In this document: one piece after another, positions 11,092 to 24,751 of the stretch | Numbering within the stretch: position 1 is the first letter of the stretch | Layout of the letters: each line of letters opens with the position of its first letter | Assembly: GCA_964187785.1 (NCBI GenBank) | Contig: OZ076409.1 | Coordinates: forward strand, 32,676,001 to 32,740,000 | Origin: Amphiscolops sp. MND2022 | Lineage: Eukaryota | Direction of reading: 5' to 3' | Length of the DNA stretch: 64,000 bases | Translations under genes and position numbers: made by a program | Notes under the pieces: model-generated | Seen by the model: only the letters and a program-made list of their open reading frames with translations | What the model was told of the DNA's origin: nothing | Database searches by the model: none

Positions 11092-14000
11092 TCACTTATC
11101 AGTTTTGAAAGCCGTTGATGTGGTACTTTTTTTCCGATACCAAACATTTAGGTATATGCCAAGCAAGCTTTGCTGTTTTTCTGTATCACAATTTTCAGTT
11201 ACAGCATAGTCGAGTTCGCATAGTTCTTTTTGATATGAAAGTATTATTTTCAAACAATATAGACATGGACAATTGCCTTGTTGTGTGTGTTTATCCCATG
11301 GTAAACTTTGTATTGGATTTAAGTACATACGTTTATCATCAAAGCTAGTTTGTTTTGTTTTTCACCTATATTTGATGTAAGTTTGAACGAATTGACCAAT
11401 TTGTAAATCTTGAACATTCAGAACTAAACAAACAACGTATGTAATCATGACATTCAGGGGCTTTTTCTATTCCTTTTTGTTTTGCTTTTTGTACTAAGGT
11501 TTATCATACGCTTCGAGCCTTTGGTATGAAAAATAAAATGATTTTGATCGTAAGGCTGTGAAGCTGTCAAGTACTAATACCGTACTTGTTTCAATTTTCA
11601 ATTTTCCTATACCTTTCGTGTTAATAGGATCATATAATTCATGCGACTTATTTATATCACTAAAATCAAAGTCATCTTTGTTTTGTTGTAAAAAGTTTGT
11701 TAGTTTTTGGTTGTTTGCATCAAAACTTAGAACAAAACTGTCAGAGTCCATATAATGTAAGTGTTCGCGGTCAAGCCCATACGGTTCTAAAGTATGATAA
11801 TAAATTTCATACATTAATAGTTTATTTAATTCTAACACAGAGAAAACCAATTAAATTGGTTTAACAAAGACTGTTTTTTCTCTATCAAGTTTGTAGACAC
11901 TAAACGTAGAACACCAACCCTCGATTCCGTTGAAACTTAACTTGGATTGTCTTTTTCTTATTTGGTCTATTTGAGAATGATCAATGAATTCTAGATTGGT
12001 TCTTTCTCTTACATTTTCCATAGTTTTACCCAAGAAACCATTGTTCATTAACTTGTACAGGTCTTTTCCAAATTTTGTTTCTGCTTTGGTACGCTTTTGC
12101 GTGTTATGATGAATGTATTTTGCTAACCATTTCGTTTGAAGCGGTAGATTGTATGCATCTTTGTTACTTTCATACCAATGTTGATGTAAAACTTGAACAT
12201 CCTGTAGTGCATCCTATAGTTTTGTTTGTTTGTTAGGTCACACACAAGCTTCTGGGCTGGTTTGTAAATCGGTTGTTCCATAAAATTCATATAATCTGAG
12301 AGCAACTCACATTTAGCTTCTTCTTGAAATGGACATAAAGGAAAGTTTTCAATTTTTTCTTTGATATGTTGTGGATATTCTAAATCACATTCTAATAACG
12401 GATCCATAATCATTATAATCTGGTATTTGTCTTAAATCTTCTACTAATATCTCTGGATTATAAATATTTGTGTAATTGTTCGGATTGAAAGGTAACTCTT
12501 CGATTTCACCAGAAAGAAGATAACTCATACCCATCCATACAGATTATTTGCATCAATGTATAAGATTTGTTTATTGACATTCGATACAACATTCCTATCA
12601 CCCATAACACTCGAAATTCTTCCACGTATATTGTTTTCTAAAAGTAATAATTATTCTTTATCTTTTATAAAATCTAAGTTGATTTTGATCATTTTTAAAA
12701 CAGCTTTCTAGGTATACCCAGGAGCTGAGTATGAGTACAACGGATTGATGCCGTACTCTCTCAGTGGATGTTTGCACAAAGTTCTCAAAGACATCAGTCA
12801 ATTGAAAAACATCCATTCTTAAGTGTAACATAGTTGATTCTTGTCCGTTTTTTTGTTAACCTTTTTAATATTTTCTTGTGTACGGATAATTTCTTCATCT
12901 GGAGGGGTTTCTTGTTTAAGTGTTGACCTAAAGTTTTCTTTTGTTAGATTTAATGGTTCTTCAAAATTACTAAGATCAAAGCATTAATAAGGATAAGCCA
13001 TTTTCTTTTTTTAATAATTCAGCATCCAGACAATTTTCATACATTCCGAAGGCGCTTTGCGCTTTTGCGAAACTGTTTATACTCCTAACTAATTGATCCA
13101 AACTAGAAGAAAGAAAACGTTATGAATCTAGGAAACTAAACAACCTACTTGTACATTAACATAATTTTCCATTCACTTTGGAATTATTTTCGGTTCATAC
13201 CCCATTTTGAAAGCTTGTGTTAGAAGTTGATCAAATATAAGATGACAATCATACTCAGAAAAAATGTGGAAAAATATAGGAACAAAACTTGATTACTTTT
13301 GTTTTACATTTATGTTACATTCAGAATGGACTGCTCTTCTGTATTTTCCTGTCAAATGATCGTGGTCTCGAACTTTATCTATATGCGAAGCTCCTTTGGT
13401 ATGCGAAGCCAGCGTTGCTCTGTTTTGTAAAAAATGCTCTTCGCATAACCAACACACGTTGGATTGTTGGAATTTTACTTTTTGAGCAGTTATTTGTAGT
13501 GGTATATTTGTTTTAAAATAAGCCGATGCAAAATTTTCTAGTGTCAACATCTCATTTATAAACCATTTTACACAACCTTCGCCGAAGTCTGAGTAATATG
13601 CGGAGCCAGCTTTGCTGTTTTGATTTCCAATGGTGAAATTAGATTTTATCCTACAGCACTTGCAATTTGTTTAATTAATACTTTGGAGTCATGCGAAGCC
13701 AGCTTTGCTGTATTTTGAGGTTGGTTATTGCATTCGAAATCTGCCTCCATACACTCTAATAGGTAAAAGTATTTCAATGTGGTGGTCTTCTCATTTTAGA
13801 TGGTCCTTCCAACTGAAACTGATTTTAGTTGGTTGCTGTTTTATACATCTTTCTCTTTGATCAATTGGAACCGGTTGTGAACTGAATGCTGTTATACATC
13901 TTCTACATACATGTTTCATGTGTGAGTCATCATTTATTTGACTATGCAATTTTGTTATTAGACAATAGTGATTTTCATACAATAACAAACCTATTTGTGG

Positions 14001-14977
14001 TTGTAAGATACTTTTGTTAATGTAAACTGGTGTTAAAATTGTTTAGTTTAATTCAAATACATTCATATTTTATCTATAAGGTCTTTCAAACTTAGGTATA
14101 TCTTTAACTTTCATAGGGAATTCTAAACCTTCCAAACACAACGTAGACATTTGAATAACATAGTTTGATATTTTATTTCTAATACTCTCAACTGGAAATA
14201 AATATGCTAAAAAACACCATAAAAACATAATTGATCATCATTTTTTATAGTTATAAATGATTGGCTATTCTTATACTTTGGTGATAACTCAATTTAAGAA
14301 CATGCTTTAATATCATTAACTTTAAATATTTCTAATACGGCTTCTTAAATTTCTTGAAATTGGAAACCTGATCGTTCCATTTATTCATCATCTAATCTCT
14401 GTATAAATGTGGTATGAATTGAATAATAATCAAAAGAGTAATTAAAATTTATTTCTCATTTTACCCATTTGTGAATTACATTTTCTTCTTCGTTGATGTG
14501 TTTTATTTATAAACTTAGCCAAATATCTCAATTGCTATTTATATCGGGACACGTAATTTTTACTAAGTAATTCATTTATGTGATATTCAAGATTGTTCAT
14601 ATTTGGAATTTTTTGAAATTTCATGTTTTTTGATTCACAATTATTTTTAAACCGAAGGTGCATCGCATACCGAAGGTGCTTCGCGTACCTTGATAAAAAT
14701 TACTTTGTTGATTTTCCTGTAAATGAATTTGACTTTGGAAATATCTTGTTTTATTAGTTATATTTTTACCACAACCTTCACACCAAACAAGCAGTTGTTT
14801 AGTTTTATTCTTGTGATCATCTGATTTTAAGTGTGAATCTTCATCTGATAGAAGCATACATAAATTAAATTTTTTACAATAATATTGATTTAATTTTTCG
14901 AGAAGTTTCACTAATTTTATATGATCGGTTTTGAAGGATTTTTTATAATCTAAACTACACATTCTACATTTTTCCAT
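11092..14977 (-). pseudogene. Protein-primed PolB, copy 2, full length with N-terminal Cys/His (zinc-finger-like) region
   Basis: Starts MEKCRMCSLDY...CEGCGK; motifs DHDHLTG, IDANN, LYKLMNNGFLGKTMENVR (motif B), YMDSDSF. Confidence 0.9.
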
Positions 14978-15619
14978 TTCTATTTAATACAGAAAAACTA
15001 GTTTAATTAAAAGTTATAAAAAATTAGTGAAAAATATTTTTTTAATTTTGTGGATGTGAGGTATTAAATTTTTCAACAAATTCTTGGAATGATAAATATT
15101 TCACTTAGGAAAAAATTTCATTGAAGTGTTTTTCTAAGCTTTGCTTGTATTAGTTATTATCTTACAGAAAATAAATATATTTTAAAATTTTCCAACAAAA
15201 ATTTATTTTTCTCACCTATGGATTCCAGGTGAGAAAATTTGCCAGAGATAAAAGTTTTTCATATTTTAGATTTCTAAAATTTTATTTCCCTAATATTACA
15301 CAGCAGAGCCAACCATTCTCGAGAAAAAACCCATTTTTACACCTATTTTGACAGGTGCTGATTGCTGGGTTGAATGCATGAAAAACCCTTAGAAGCAGTA
15401 TGTCTGTAACTTTTGATTATCTACAACTTTTATACCTTACGTTTTTCAATAAAATTATTTCCCGTTGAGATATTGAGTGAACTATACATTCCCATGTATT
15501 AACATTAAATATAAAAGATTTTGTGAAATGAATTGAATAATTTTTCCGAGATCTTTGTATCGGTTTTTTCAAGTTTGAGATTTTTGTATCGGTTTTTTCA
15601 TTTGTCTCGGAAAATTCAA

Positions 15620-15673
15620 CATGCGAAGCGCTTTCGGCATGCGAAGCGCCTTTGGCATGCGAAGCGGCATTGG
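15620..15673. repeat. 3 x 18-bp tandem repeat CATGCGAAGCGCYTTYGG in the Polinton terminal region
   Basis: catgcgaagcgctttcgg catgcgaagcgcctttgg catgcgaagcggcattgg. Confidence 0.9.
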
Positions 15674-18049
15674 AATGTGACGTTCCACTTGATGTTATTC
15701 CAGTTTTATATTAATACCACGCACTTGTTTCCACTTGAATGCTACTTTCAGTCCAAAAAATGTTTGCTACACAAATTTTCTCTATTACCATATTGGAGGG
15801 TAGTGAATTTTTCCTTGTAACAAACTTTTTCAATGACAATTTTTGTTCAGTGATTTTTGATTTTGGTAATTTTTTGGTTGCGAAAAACGCTAATTTTTGA
15901 TGATTTGCCTTGAAAATATGCTTAATTTTGATAGTCTGACTGACTGATTATTTTTTTGTAAACATGGTAAAAAAAATACCTATTTTTGATGGTTTGGTTT
16001 ATCAGGATCAGGAATTCGTATACTACTCTCGAGGACATTTTGTTATATTGTATCAGTTTTGTACGAATCAAAATGTGTCTTCTGGTTTTCTACCATTCTA
16101 TTTCAATTCCTATCTCAATTTATGAGGTTCAGCTTTTTTGCATACTCTTCTAATTTTATAGACGCTTTTCGACGAAACAGGCTCTCCGTCAACAAAGGTG
16201 ATTTTAATTAACACTCAATTTGTTTTTTCTCTGCCAGAAAAAAAATCAAAATTTTCAATATTGGAGCCAAGATTTTCACTAATAAAGGTTAAGTTCTGTT
16301 CTTACAGTATTGACCAGAAAACTATGTATCATTAAACTTTTCAAATTATAGTGGAATTAAAATGTTTAAATGAAGCAACAAATGCTCAATTATTACCCGA
16401 AAAAACTTGCCCAGAACCATCTATAAAATTTTGGTAGGAATTACATCCTCTTCATTAAAAATACAGCACTACCGATGCAAAATCAATGATTTCACTTTAT
16501 TTGAGTAAACACTTTTAAACGATCTATCAAAAGTGGCCGGAAAAATTATCGTTCCTGGGGAACAATTAACTGTTGATTTTCCTCGAAATTACCATTGAAA
16601 AGGTCGTTTCTAGCACTGAAGAGGCTGTATGCAGTTACAATGAGATGTTATGTACTTTTTGTTGCTGGTACGGTGGACGCTTGAGAATTAATCAGAGAGG
16701 CTGCGAATGAATGAGAGAAGGCTCTTGTAATTGTATATAACACAGATTAGAAGATAGGCCTAGTTAGCACTACTCTACATCTTTTGAAGCTGAGAAAAAA
16801 TTTTCCCCGTGCTTATTCTTTGAGGCCCCAGCATTTGCGATATTTTCGCTGTGCCTCTTGACATTGTTGATTTTTCCCGCTGATTTTGTTTCCTGGGATG
16901 AATTACCGCAATCTGAGTTGCCGATTTGTCTTTTCCCAATCAAAAAGTATTCCCGTCAAAAGGGGAGGAGAGAAGGGATAATCTAACGTGTCTGCTAAAT
17001 CAAATGCGCCATCGCTTCTTCCGTGCGCTCGCCCGCAAGCACGCGACACCTTTTTTCACTGACTAAAATTTCACAAAGCTTTTTTTAAAAAGTGAGACTG
17101 AGAAGAGAACACAGATAAAATGTTGGATTGCTAAGGAAGCTTTTCAAGTACACGTAACTGCTGGAAATTCTTACGGACGCTTGTCAGTTTAGAGTGTGAA
17201 CATATAATTCACATGGGTCCCAATGCACTTTTCTAACTTTAAACGAACTGCTTGGGTGAACTCAGTGACCAACGTGTGCCCTTGAAGGAGAGTTGAATAA
17301 TTGAAAATTCTTGTGGACGCTTCAATCTTCATCTGCTACTGAGAAATTCATGAAGAGGTGATAGTTTATTGTAGAACAGACGTTAAATCAAGTTACCATA
17401 ACAAGAAGAGGAAAAACTGAAAAAGGAAAAGCAGAAAACGCGAACTAATTGTTTGGATGGGTTGTTTCTGAAGTAGCGTTTTAAATTAGCCTTTTGTTTC
17501 AACATTCAGGTCAATCGAACTTCTATTCTACAAACTTTATTGAAAAAATGACACAAAGTTGTCAGAAACGAGGTTTTGTTACTTTTCAGTTTTTGAGGTG
17601 CTCCCGAGGGTGACTCTAACATGAAATTGTGTTTATATCTTCTGCAACGACTACTGGATACCGGACCGTGTTGTTGTTTAGTATTTGAACTACTTTGTGC
17701 CAGTGAAAAAGCAGTATAAAAGCGTCAGACATTTTGAATAATTTGGACCTTTTGACAAATTTGTCCCAACAAAACTGCAAGTTTTTAAAAGCCTGCTGCT
17801 AAGCTAGTTGTGGTGGATCTTTCTGATGCTTTAAATTCTTCTACGTTTTCTAATTTCGACCAAAAAAATCGTTCAAATCAACAAAAATTGAAAAATTATT
17901 CGACTAGTTTGAGTTATTTTGGAGCAGTTTCCCAAGATACCATTTGATACAGCTTTTGTTCGTTTTTATTATTCTAACACAAGAAATCACTCGACACGAC
18001 AACTTAACAAAATTTGCAAGTTAAAAACGAAATTCAAAACATGGAAAAC

Positions 18050-18990
18050 TTTGGACTTTCGGCAATTTTGGTGGATCTGTGGCGTTGTTTTCGTAAAAAG
18101 TGGCCAATTTTCCTATAAAAGGTGTACTGTCTTGCAAGACAATTCGTTTGGAGTTTAAATAACCTCTTGATCTCGAAAGTTTATCCAAAGTTGCAAAAAA
18201 AATCTATAAATTGTCAGGTTGATATTTTCGACTTTTTTGAGGCCATTTTGACGGGTTTTGTGACAGAAGCATGCGTCTATCCTTTCAGAAAGCCTACTTT
18301 GGATCAATATAAATTATTTTTGAATGTCTTCACTATTCTAAGTTCGACAAGTTTCACGAAGTTCACAAAAATTACCTGAAAAACGTTGGAAAAAACGAAA
18401 TTTTTCTGTCTCATCTGAAGTCATCCTGAAGAGTTTTGAAGCAAAACACTGCTACTTTCTCTACAAAAAAGCTTACTGTATAGCTATTTCGCTCGTCTGT
18501 GAGCGTTTTGAATCTTCTAACTCACAAAAAGTTTCAGCACTTGTACAAAATTTCATGGAAAACGACTTAAACTGGAAAATTTTAGATTTTTCGACTTTTT
18601 GTGGTCATTTAAGGCACATTCCTATTGAAAAGTATTCCTATTGAAAATTATTCCTATTGCTATCATCTCTTCAAAAAGCCTATAGGACAACAACGATAAT
18701 TGTTGTTGAACGGTTTCGAAGTTCTAATCCACGAAATTTCTGAAAAATTTGAGGAAATTACGATTGAAAATAAGTGAAATTTTTATAATTTCTTTACACT
18801 TGCGGACTTTTTGTGGCAACATTTCATCACGAAAAATATTGACTTTGCCAAAAAAGTCTCCTAGACAACGAATTTGTGATAGAACGTTTACAACGTTCTA
18901 ATTCACAAAATCTATCAAGAAGTTGACAGAAGTTGCATAAAAAGCTTGAAAACAGAAATTTTTGGGATCTTTTGACATTCCCGGTGTCAT
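18050..18990. repeat. Degenerate ~180-bp tandem repeat that continues at 37765-37930 beyond the Gypsy insertion
   Basis: AAAAGYCTAC-like and TTCTAAYYCAC-like motifs recur at about 18288, 18465, 18672, 18849 and 37805. Confidence 0.55.
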
Positions 18991-19703
18991 TGTAACGACC
19001 GGCTAGCGACGCACATCTAGGAAGAGGGACAATGCCTAGGATGCTTAAACAGGAGACCGTTGTCTTACTACATACCTAGACACTAGTTTTTGGTCCCAAA
19101 ATGGTCTCCTAATGGTCCCTGACGTCCAGGGAGGCTTCTCAAATTAGAGTTCCGAAGCGACGCGCCTGCACTCTCAAAGTCCGGACACGCCCCACAAGCC
19201 TGTAAAAACGATTCCTAAGGTTTCTAGTACGTTCCTACGAGTTCCTAGATACTTCTGAGGTCAAAACAGTGTTTAGCTGGAAAACATCGTATTTGGTGAA
19301 TGAGATCTAAAATGACCTAGAAGGTCATACATTATCCAAATACTCCGAGGAAAATGGGGAAATATTAAAGAAAACGGGGATAGGCCCCAATTACGTTACA
19401 GTTTTCAGTCCATCATCCATATTTGGCCTCTGGCAATGGTCTGCAGATTTTGTTGATTTCCCAAGGAGATGGCACAACATTCCGATAATCTTTCTGCTGA
19501 TGTTTCTTCATCTTCTGGCAATTCTTCATCTTTTTCTGCAACTTTTTCACACGTGCTCTGTTTCTTGCTCGCTCTCCGCGTTGTCTCTCTTTTTGTTCAT
19601 TCTTTTCGTACCTGCTAGGTCGGCCATTTTGATTCTTCTATTTTTATATCGCACATTTCGAATTTTTCATCGAAATTTTGTCATGCCAGTGGCTGACGTT
19701 ACA
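18991..19703 (-). repeat. Gypsy 3' LTR
   Basis: Direct repeat of 37049-37764; TG...CA ends. Confidence 0.95.
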
Positions 19704-20251
19704 TCCTGCATGGGCCGTAGTTTGTCGTCCTCGGCAAACGAGAGGATGCTCATACCCAGAGGGTAATAGCAAAGCTGAGAGTCTATTGATTACCTAAGGA
19801 AGGTTTCGTTTTTTCTTACTTGTTTCCTGTCAACCTCCAAATTTCCTGTCATTTTCTCGTGTATTAGTATTTATCAGTTTTACGATATATTAAAATGTTC
19901 GACAAAACTAGAATCACGACAGGCGATTTCAAAAATTTTATGCAGTTTTCACTGGTCTAAGTTCAAATTTTTTTTCTAGGAAGTGTCCTTGCACTTCTCA
20001 AGTAACAACATTCAGGTCTTGGTAGCAGTATTTAATTACCAAACTAGAGAGGGTGGGCACTGGCTCAGGGCCCACCCACATAGTATAGTTTAACTAAAAT
20101 TTTAAGCACATAACAAGTATTGCTTAGGAACTCAGTGTACGTAGCATCAACTAAAATGAAATGGTCTACAACCATTAAGATGAAGTTGTATTCGTTTGAG
20201 AGTGAGTTTGGCTTTCATTTGGTGAACGGGTCAGCATTGGTTACAGCTCTT

Positions 20252-23200
20252 TCACTCATCATTCTGGCTCTGTTGCGAGTCCGAAACGGATGATGTTATT
20301 GCTGACTCCTGGTTCGTAGACGATTCCGCCACCAAGGGAGGATACTGCATGGAGTCGTCGATGGTGAGCAAATTATTCAGGTCTGACTCTATATCAGCGG
20401 CGTCCATTTGTGATATTCCCGTCCCGGGTTCATCTCGGACAGGGGTTGCTCCGTCGGATAACGTGAAATTATCGTCAGTCATTTGTTCATCGTGGGGCTT
20501 TATGGCAACGGGTAGATTCTCCTGATCTTCCTCCATTTGGGTTTCAGTTCCTTCCGAGGGTAACCCACTGGGTGTTGTCTGCTGTGAGCTGCAAGGGGCA
20601 GCCGCATTTGTTGCGCTGTTTTGGTGGGTGGTGCTTCCTGTGGGAAATCAGGTAGGTTGTTGGCTAATTCTGGATGACCATACTGCACAAACAAATTTTT
20701 GGAGATTTGGATTCTACGTGCATAGTCTTCGCCAACAGAGTCTCTTCGTTCTTTCTGTCTGCTGTGCAAATTCAAGAATAATTCCAGCGCAGCGCGCGGA
20801 TTGTTGGGGACGTCCGCACTGATTGGCAAAGCCTTTCTGTTCGGTTCTTTGGCCACCGAGGGCGTCTTGGCTTTCATGCGCAGCGATGTCTGGTGTACTG
20901 CGAGATCCACTAGGTCTGGTTTTGACAAGCATGTTGTCGTGTCTAGTATGCGAGCTGGGTGTGCGCGGGGACTAGTTCGGTCACATTACATTCGTGATGT
21001 GTCGCATACATAAGGGTATCGTAATTCGCTGGGTTCTTCCCCTCATTTTCTGCCGCCCAATCTCCGAATTGTGGTAGCTATGATCCCAAAATTACTTCGG
21101 CATTCCAATCCGTAAAAGAGTCCGCCGCGCCTGGACTTAGGTTCAGAGGGATATGTAGTTACGCACTTGGATGGAACTCCATTGGCATTGGGAGGGCGGA
21201 TCGCGCACGTGCCCTTATGATGGAAGTAAAGTTGTGCTCAACTTGCTTCTTGTCTATAATAATCGTGTAGGCCATGGGCGGTCGCAGAGATGTAAAGCTG
21301 GCTACTACTCTGTGGTAGGTGGGATCCGGCTGGGCTCCATCTGTCGTTACGAAGTGTAATATGGACAAGGTGGGGGTGTTTGCCGCCATACGTAGGACTT
21401 GTGTTGGGTATCTGAGTGCCATGACCGCACCAAAGATTGGCCAGACTATGGGAGCGATTAGAGGCATCAGGTCTTCCGTCTCCACTAGCATGAGAGTGGC
21501 CATTTGTGAGGGAAATAAGAAGCCAGGAAGTTGATTGGGCTCTCTGTTGATAGCAGGGTTTTCATCCAGAGGATGCATTGTACCCGCAACGTTGACCCAG
21601 GTTGAGTAGATCCACGTGAGGACAGCTTCGATGTTGAGCTTCAGTTGTTTCTTCAATTGTAGGGGACCCGCTGGATCCAAGGCGCATAAAATCGCTTGCA
21701 GCCAACTTTTCTGATTGTGGGCGTACACAAGGTAACTGAAAAGCGACAAGTTTCCTTTGTCAAAGATCAGTTTCTGGAGAATATCTGAGGGTCCTTGGTA
21801 GATTGCGTGCATGCCGACAGCCATTAGATACGCTAAGATTTCACTTATGGTGGCTTTCTGCATCGCTTCCACGTATAGGCGCACTTGCTGGTCGTCGAGA
21901 TTAATTCCGGCCTGGACGCAACTAGGGAGCCAGAATGGGGAAATGTTGTACAACAGTACAGGTATGGAATTTCTAGCCGCAGGACGACTTGATTTAGGGT
22001 TTCACGCAAGGCTTGGTGCCAGGTTTGATATGTGTGCCTGGGTTGTGTTTCATTCTGTTTTGCCAGGCTTCGTGTCATCATTACCAGGAGTGTCAAGGTG
22101 AGGGACGCCGTCTCGAGCTTAGCATCTATTGCTATCGCTGCTATGGGGAACACGGTAGTGTTGGTTCGCTCTGCCTTGATCATCTCTGTTTCCTTGAAAA
22201 GGGCTAGCATCAGTTTATGGAATTTCGGATCGTGGGTTTTATCATCGAGGGTGGACTTGTCTCTTCGTTAATACCAGAGGTTATCCACCAGGTGCTTCCG
22301 CTCGTTCTCATTGGAGTCATTTACCTTGCGTACACCATTCTCGTCTAGGGACCTGATCGACATTTGCATCCCATAGTTGTGGGCCGTCGCCTCGTCCACT
22401 ATGAGTTGCGAATTCCCTCGGTATCCTGTATATCCTTGAACAGCTTTGGATACTTCTGCCAAGAAGGCTGGATACGACGCTTCGCAGGGACGCCATGTCG
22501 TGACGTTGATTCTCAGGTTCGGTGCCACGATGTAAAAGTGCAAATCTCTTGCGTAAGATGCTTCTAGCACCAAATACATGAATTGTTGCAATGCTCTTGG
22601 GAGATGCATATATCCAGGAGTTGACACAAATACGGTTCCCGTATTTGGCTTCTTGTTCTTCATCATTTTGGCAATGTGAGACATCGTTTCCACGTGTGCC
22701 ACAACTTCGTCAGTGATGAATCCTTCTGTGAATCGAGTGCTTTGCATGTCGAAATATCGCAATGATCGTCGCAGGGCGAGGTGGTCGATCACATTTGAAT
22801 ACACTAGGATTGGTGAAAGAGGTATGGTTTCTGCCGCCGCTGGCGTGAATATTTTGTCGGTTACCTCCGCCATCTCACTGAGCGTGGTGCAGGGCATATT
22901 CATTAATCTAACATCCATCAGAGTATTATTGGAGTTGTATGAAGATTTGATGGTCGAGTCAACAAAGAGAGCAATTCTGGTCTTTTGCAAAAGGTCTTTT
23001 CCCATTGGCAGCAGGGTGATGGGGTCCCTCGCGTAGTTTTTCGATTGTAAGTGATTCTCCCCAAATCTGCCAGGTCTCTGGCGAGTGAGTCGCTCAGTCG
23101 ATGGTTGCAGTGGTTGAAGGTACGTAGAGTTACTGTTCTGCAAATCCCTCCTGGACGTTCGAACCATGGTGGGACTCCTCCATCATTGTTGAATACCGGT

Positions 23201-24480
23201 GGCTTGACTGGCCTGGTGTAAACTACTCCAATGTTGGCCCTCTCTATAGTACGCTGAGTGATTTGGTCCCCTTTGCTGTTAGCGCTCGCAAACTTCTGTT
23301 TTGGGGGATCTTCTTCATCGGGTATACTCGGTACTTTGCGTTGAAGACGCACTGCGTCCCTCGCCGTTATGTCTAGTTGTTTGATTTCGGTTGCAGTGAG
23401 CAGCTCTCTGGCTACTTTTTGCCTTCTGGCTTCCGGTTGGCTGGGGGATGGGGCTGGTATTCTTCTGTTTGATCCTGAGCTAGTTTGCCCGTCTTGTTCT
23501 CTAGCTCTTTTCGCTGCGTTCAATTTATCGCGAAGGTCTATGGGAGCGTTGTTGATTTTTCTTTCTTCCCGCTGCTCTTCTCTTTGGCGCTCTTGTAGTT
23601 TAGGATCCTTTTGGAAGCCTATCAGCTTGCTGGGTTCATTTCGGGAGGGTTTGGTGTTAGAGGTGGAGGGTGTCAATTCTTCATGGGAATCTTGAAAAGT
23701 TACTGTTCTGGTTGGGCGACTTTCGTTGGTTTGCACTTGTGTTGTTGTTTGGTTGCATTCAGTAGGGCTCACTTGCACCCCTCCCCCCTGAAAGGTGGAA
23801 GGAAGCATGAAGCCCGAAGTGGATTGTGTAAGCGAGCTGACGCCCACAGATGCCAGAGGCATAGGTGGTGTTAGGATCGGAGGCGGTACTAAGGGTAGGG
23901 TGCAGCTGAAAGTTGTGGTTTCGGAAGGGAGAAGTTGAATCACGGTTTGTATTGGGGTAGGCTGCGGTGCTTGGAATAAAGGTTGAATCGTAGGGGGAGA
24001 GATTCTGAATGACCGTTCTTGATCCATTTTAGGCCTATTAGGTTCTCCGTAAAGGATGTGGGAGCGGGGATCGATTAGATTATGAGTTAGATCATAACCA
24101 TGCCAAATGCCATCACGGAAAGTAGCGGAACGCTCAAGCTGCCCGATACTGCTAGTATTGGTCAATAGGACCTCTGGGTGCACTGCTTGCGCTTGCATTT
24201 GAGCAACGATCATGGCAAAGCCAGCGATCATGGTAGGGGTGGCCCCATCTTGCAAAGGTTGTTGGACTAAGGCTAGCTGGTCGACTCGACCATTAACCTC
24301 GCCCACCGACGGAAGAGTGCTGGAAGGAGTAGCACGTTGTTGGGAAGGTTGTTGACTGCTGGGTGCAGGCATGCAGTTACGTGATGAGGGGTCCATGGCA
24401 GGTGAGTTCGATAGCACTGATGAGGAATATGGTAACATAGGAGAAAATGAGTGATGGTGCAATCTGGGGTATCTGCGCAA
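20252..24480 (-). pseudogene. Gypsy extra ORF (ORF3): P/S/T/Q-rich N-terminus, SGNH-hydrolase-like middle, unknown C-terminus
   Basis: Chained minus-strand ORFs 22918..24480, 22268..23167, 21845..22210, 21159..21953, 20500..20928 and 20252..20536; motifs IALFVDS, MPCTTLSEM, ILVYSNVID, VFVSTPG. Confidence 0.55.
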
Positions 24481-24751
24481 GGGCGAAGCAACAGGACAAA
24501 ACTGAAGAGCAAGTTACACATGAACATAGAGAAGGTGTAAGAAATACGTTAAGTGAGTTAAGAAAGGAACATAAAGGGTTGAAACTTAAAAGATGAAGGA
24601 GTGGCTGTTAAGAAAATTTGCAGTTTTATTGAACGCAGTCTTTAAAAGCCTATGGATTGATTGGCGCGTATTAAGAAAATTAAAAAGGAAAGTGGGGAAG
24701 TAGACAGGAGAAACAAGGAGGGCGGGCCTCTGGCCCTGTGTCCAAGACAAC

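Larger units (their letters stand above)
1..14372. repeat. Direct tandem duplication of the Polinton interior: 1-6726 matches 7428-14372; full unit 6727-14372
   Basis: Near-identical sequence and ORFs at offset 7427 (e.g. 120..329 vs 7547..7756), rising to 7646 after a deletion in copy 1. The copies diverge after CCTGAT (6726/14372). Confidence 0.95.
1..16027. mobile_element. Degenerate Polinton/Maverick (adintovirus-like) element A; left part outside window, internally duplicated
   Basis: Pseudogenes for rve integrase, double-jelly-roll-type capsid and protein-primed PolB in one AT-rich block. ACTACT at 16022-16027 (AGTAGT on minus strand, a typical Polinton end) lies ~1 kb upstream of the PolB start. 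Confidence 0.85.

Noticed and set aside
20252..24480. Retroviral or errantiviral env gene
   Set aside because: No convincing furin site, fusion peptide, Cys pattern or C-terminal TM anchor.
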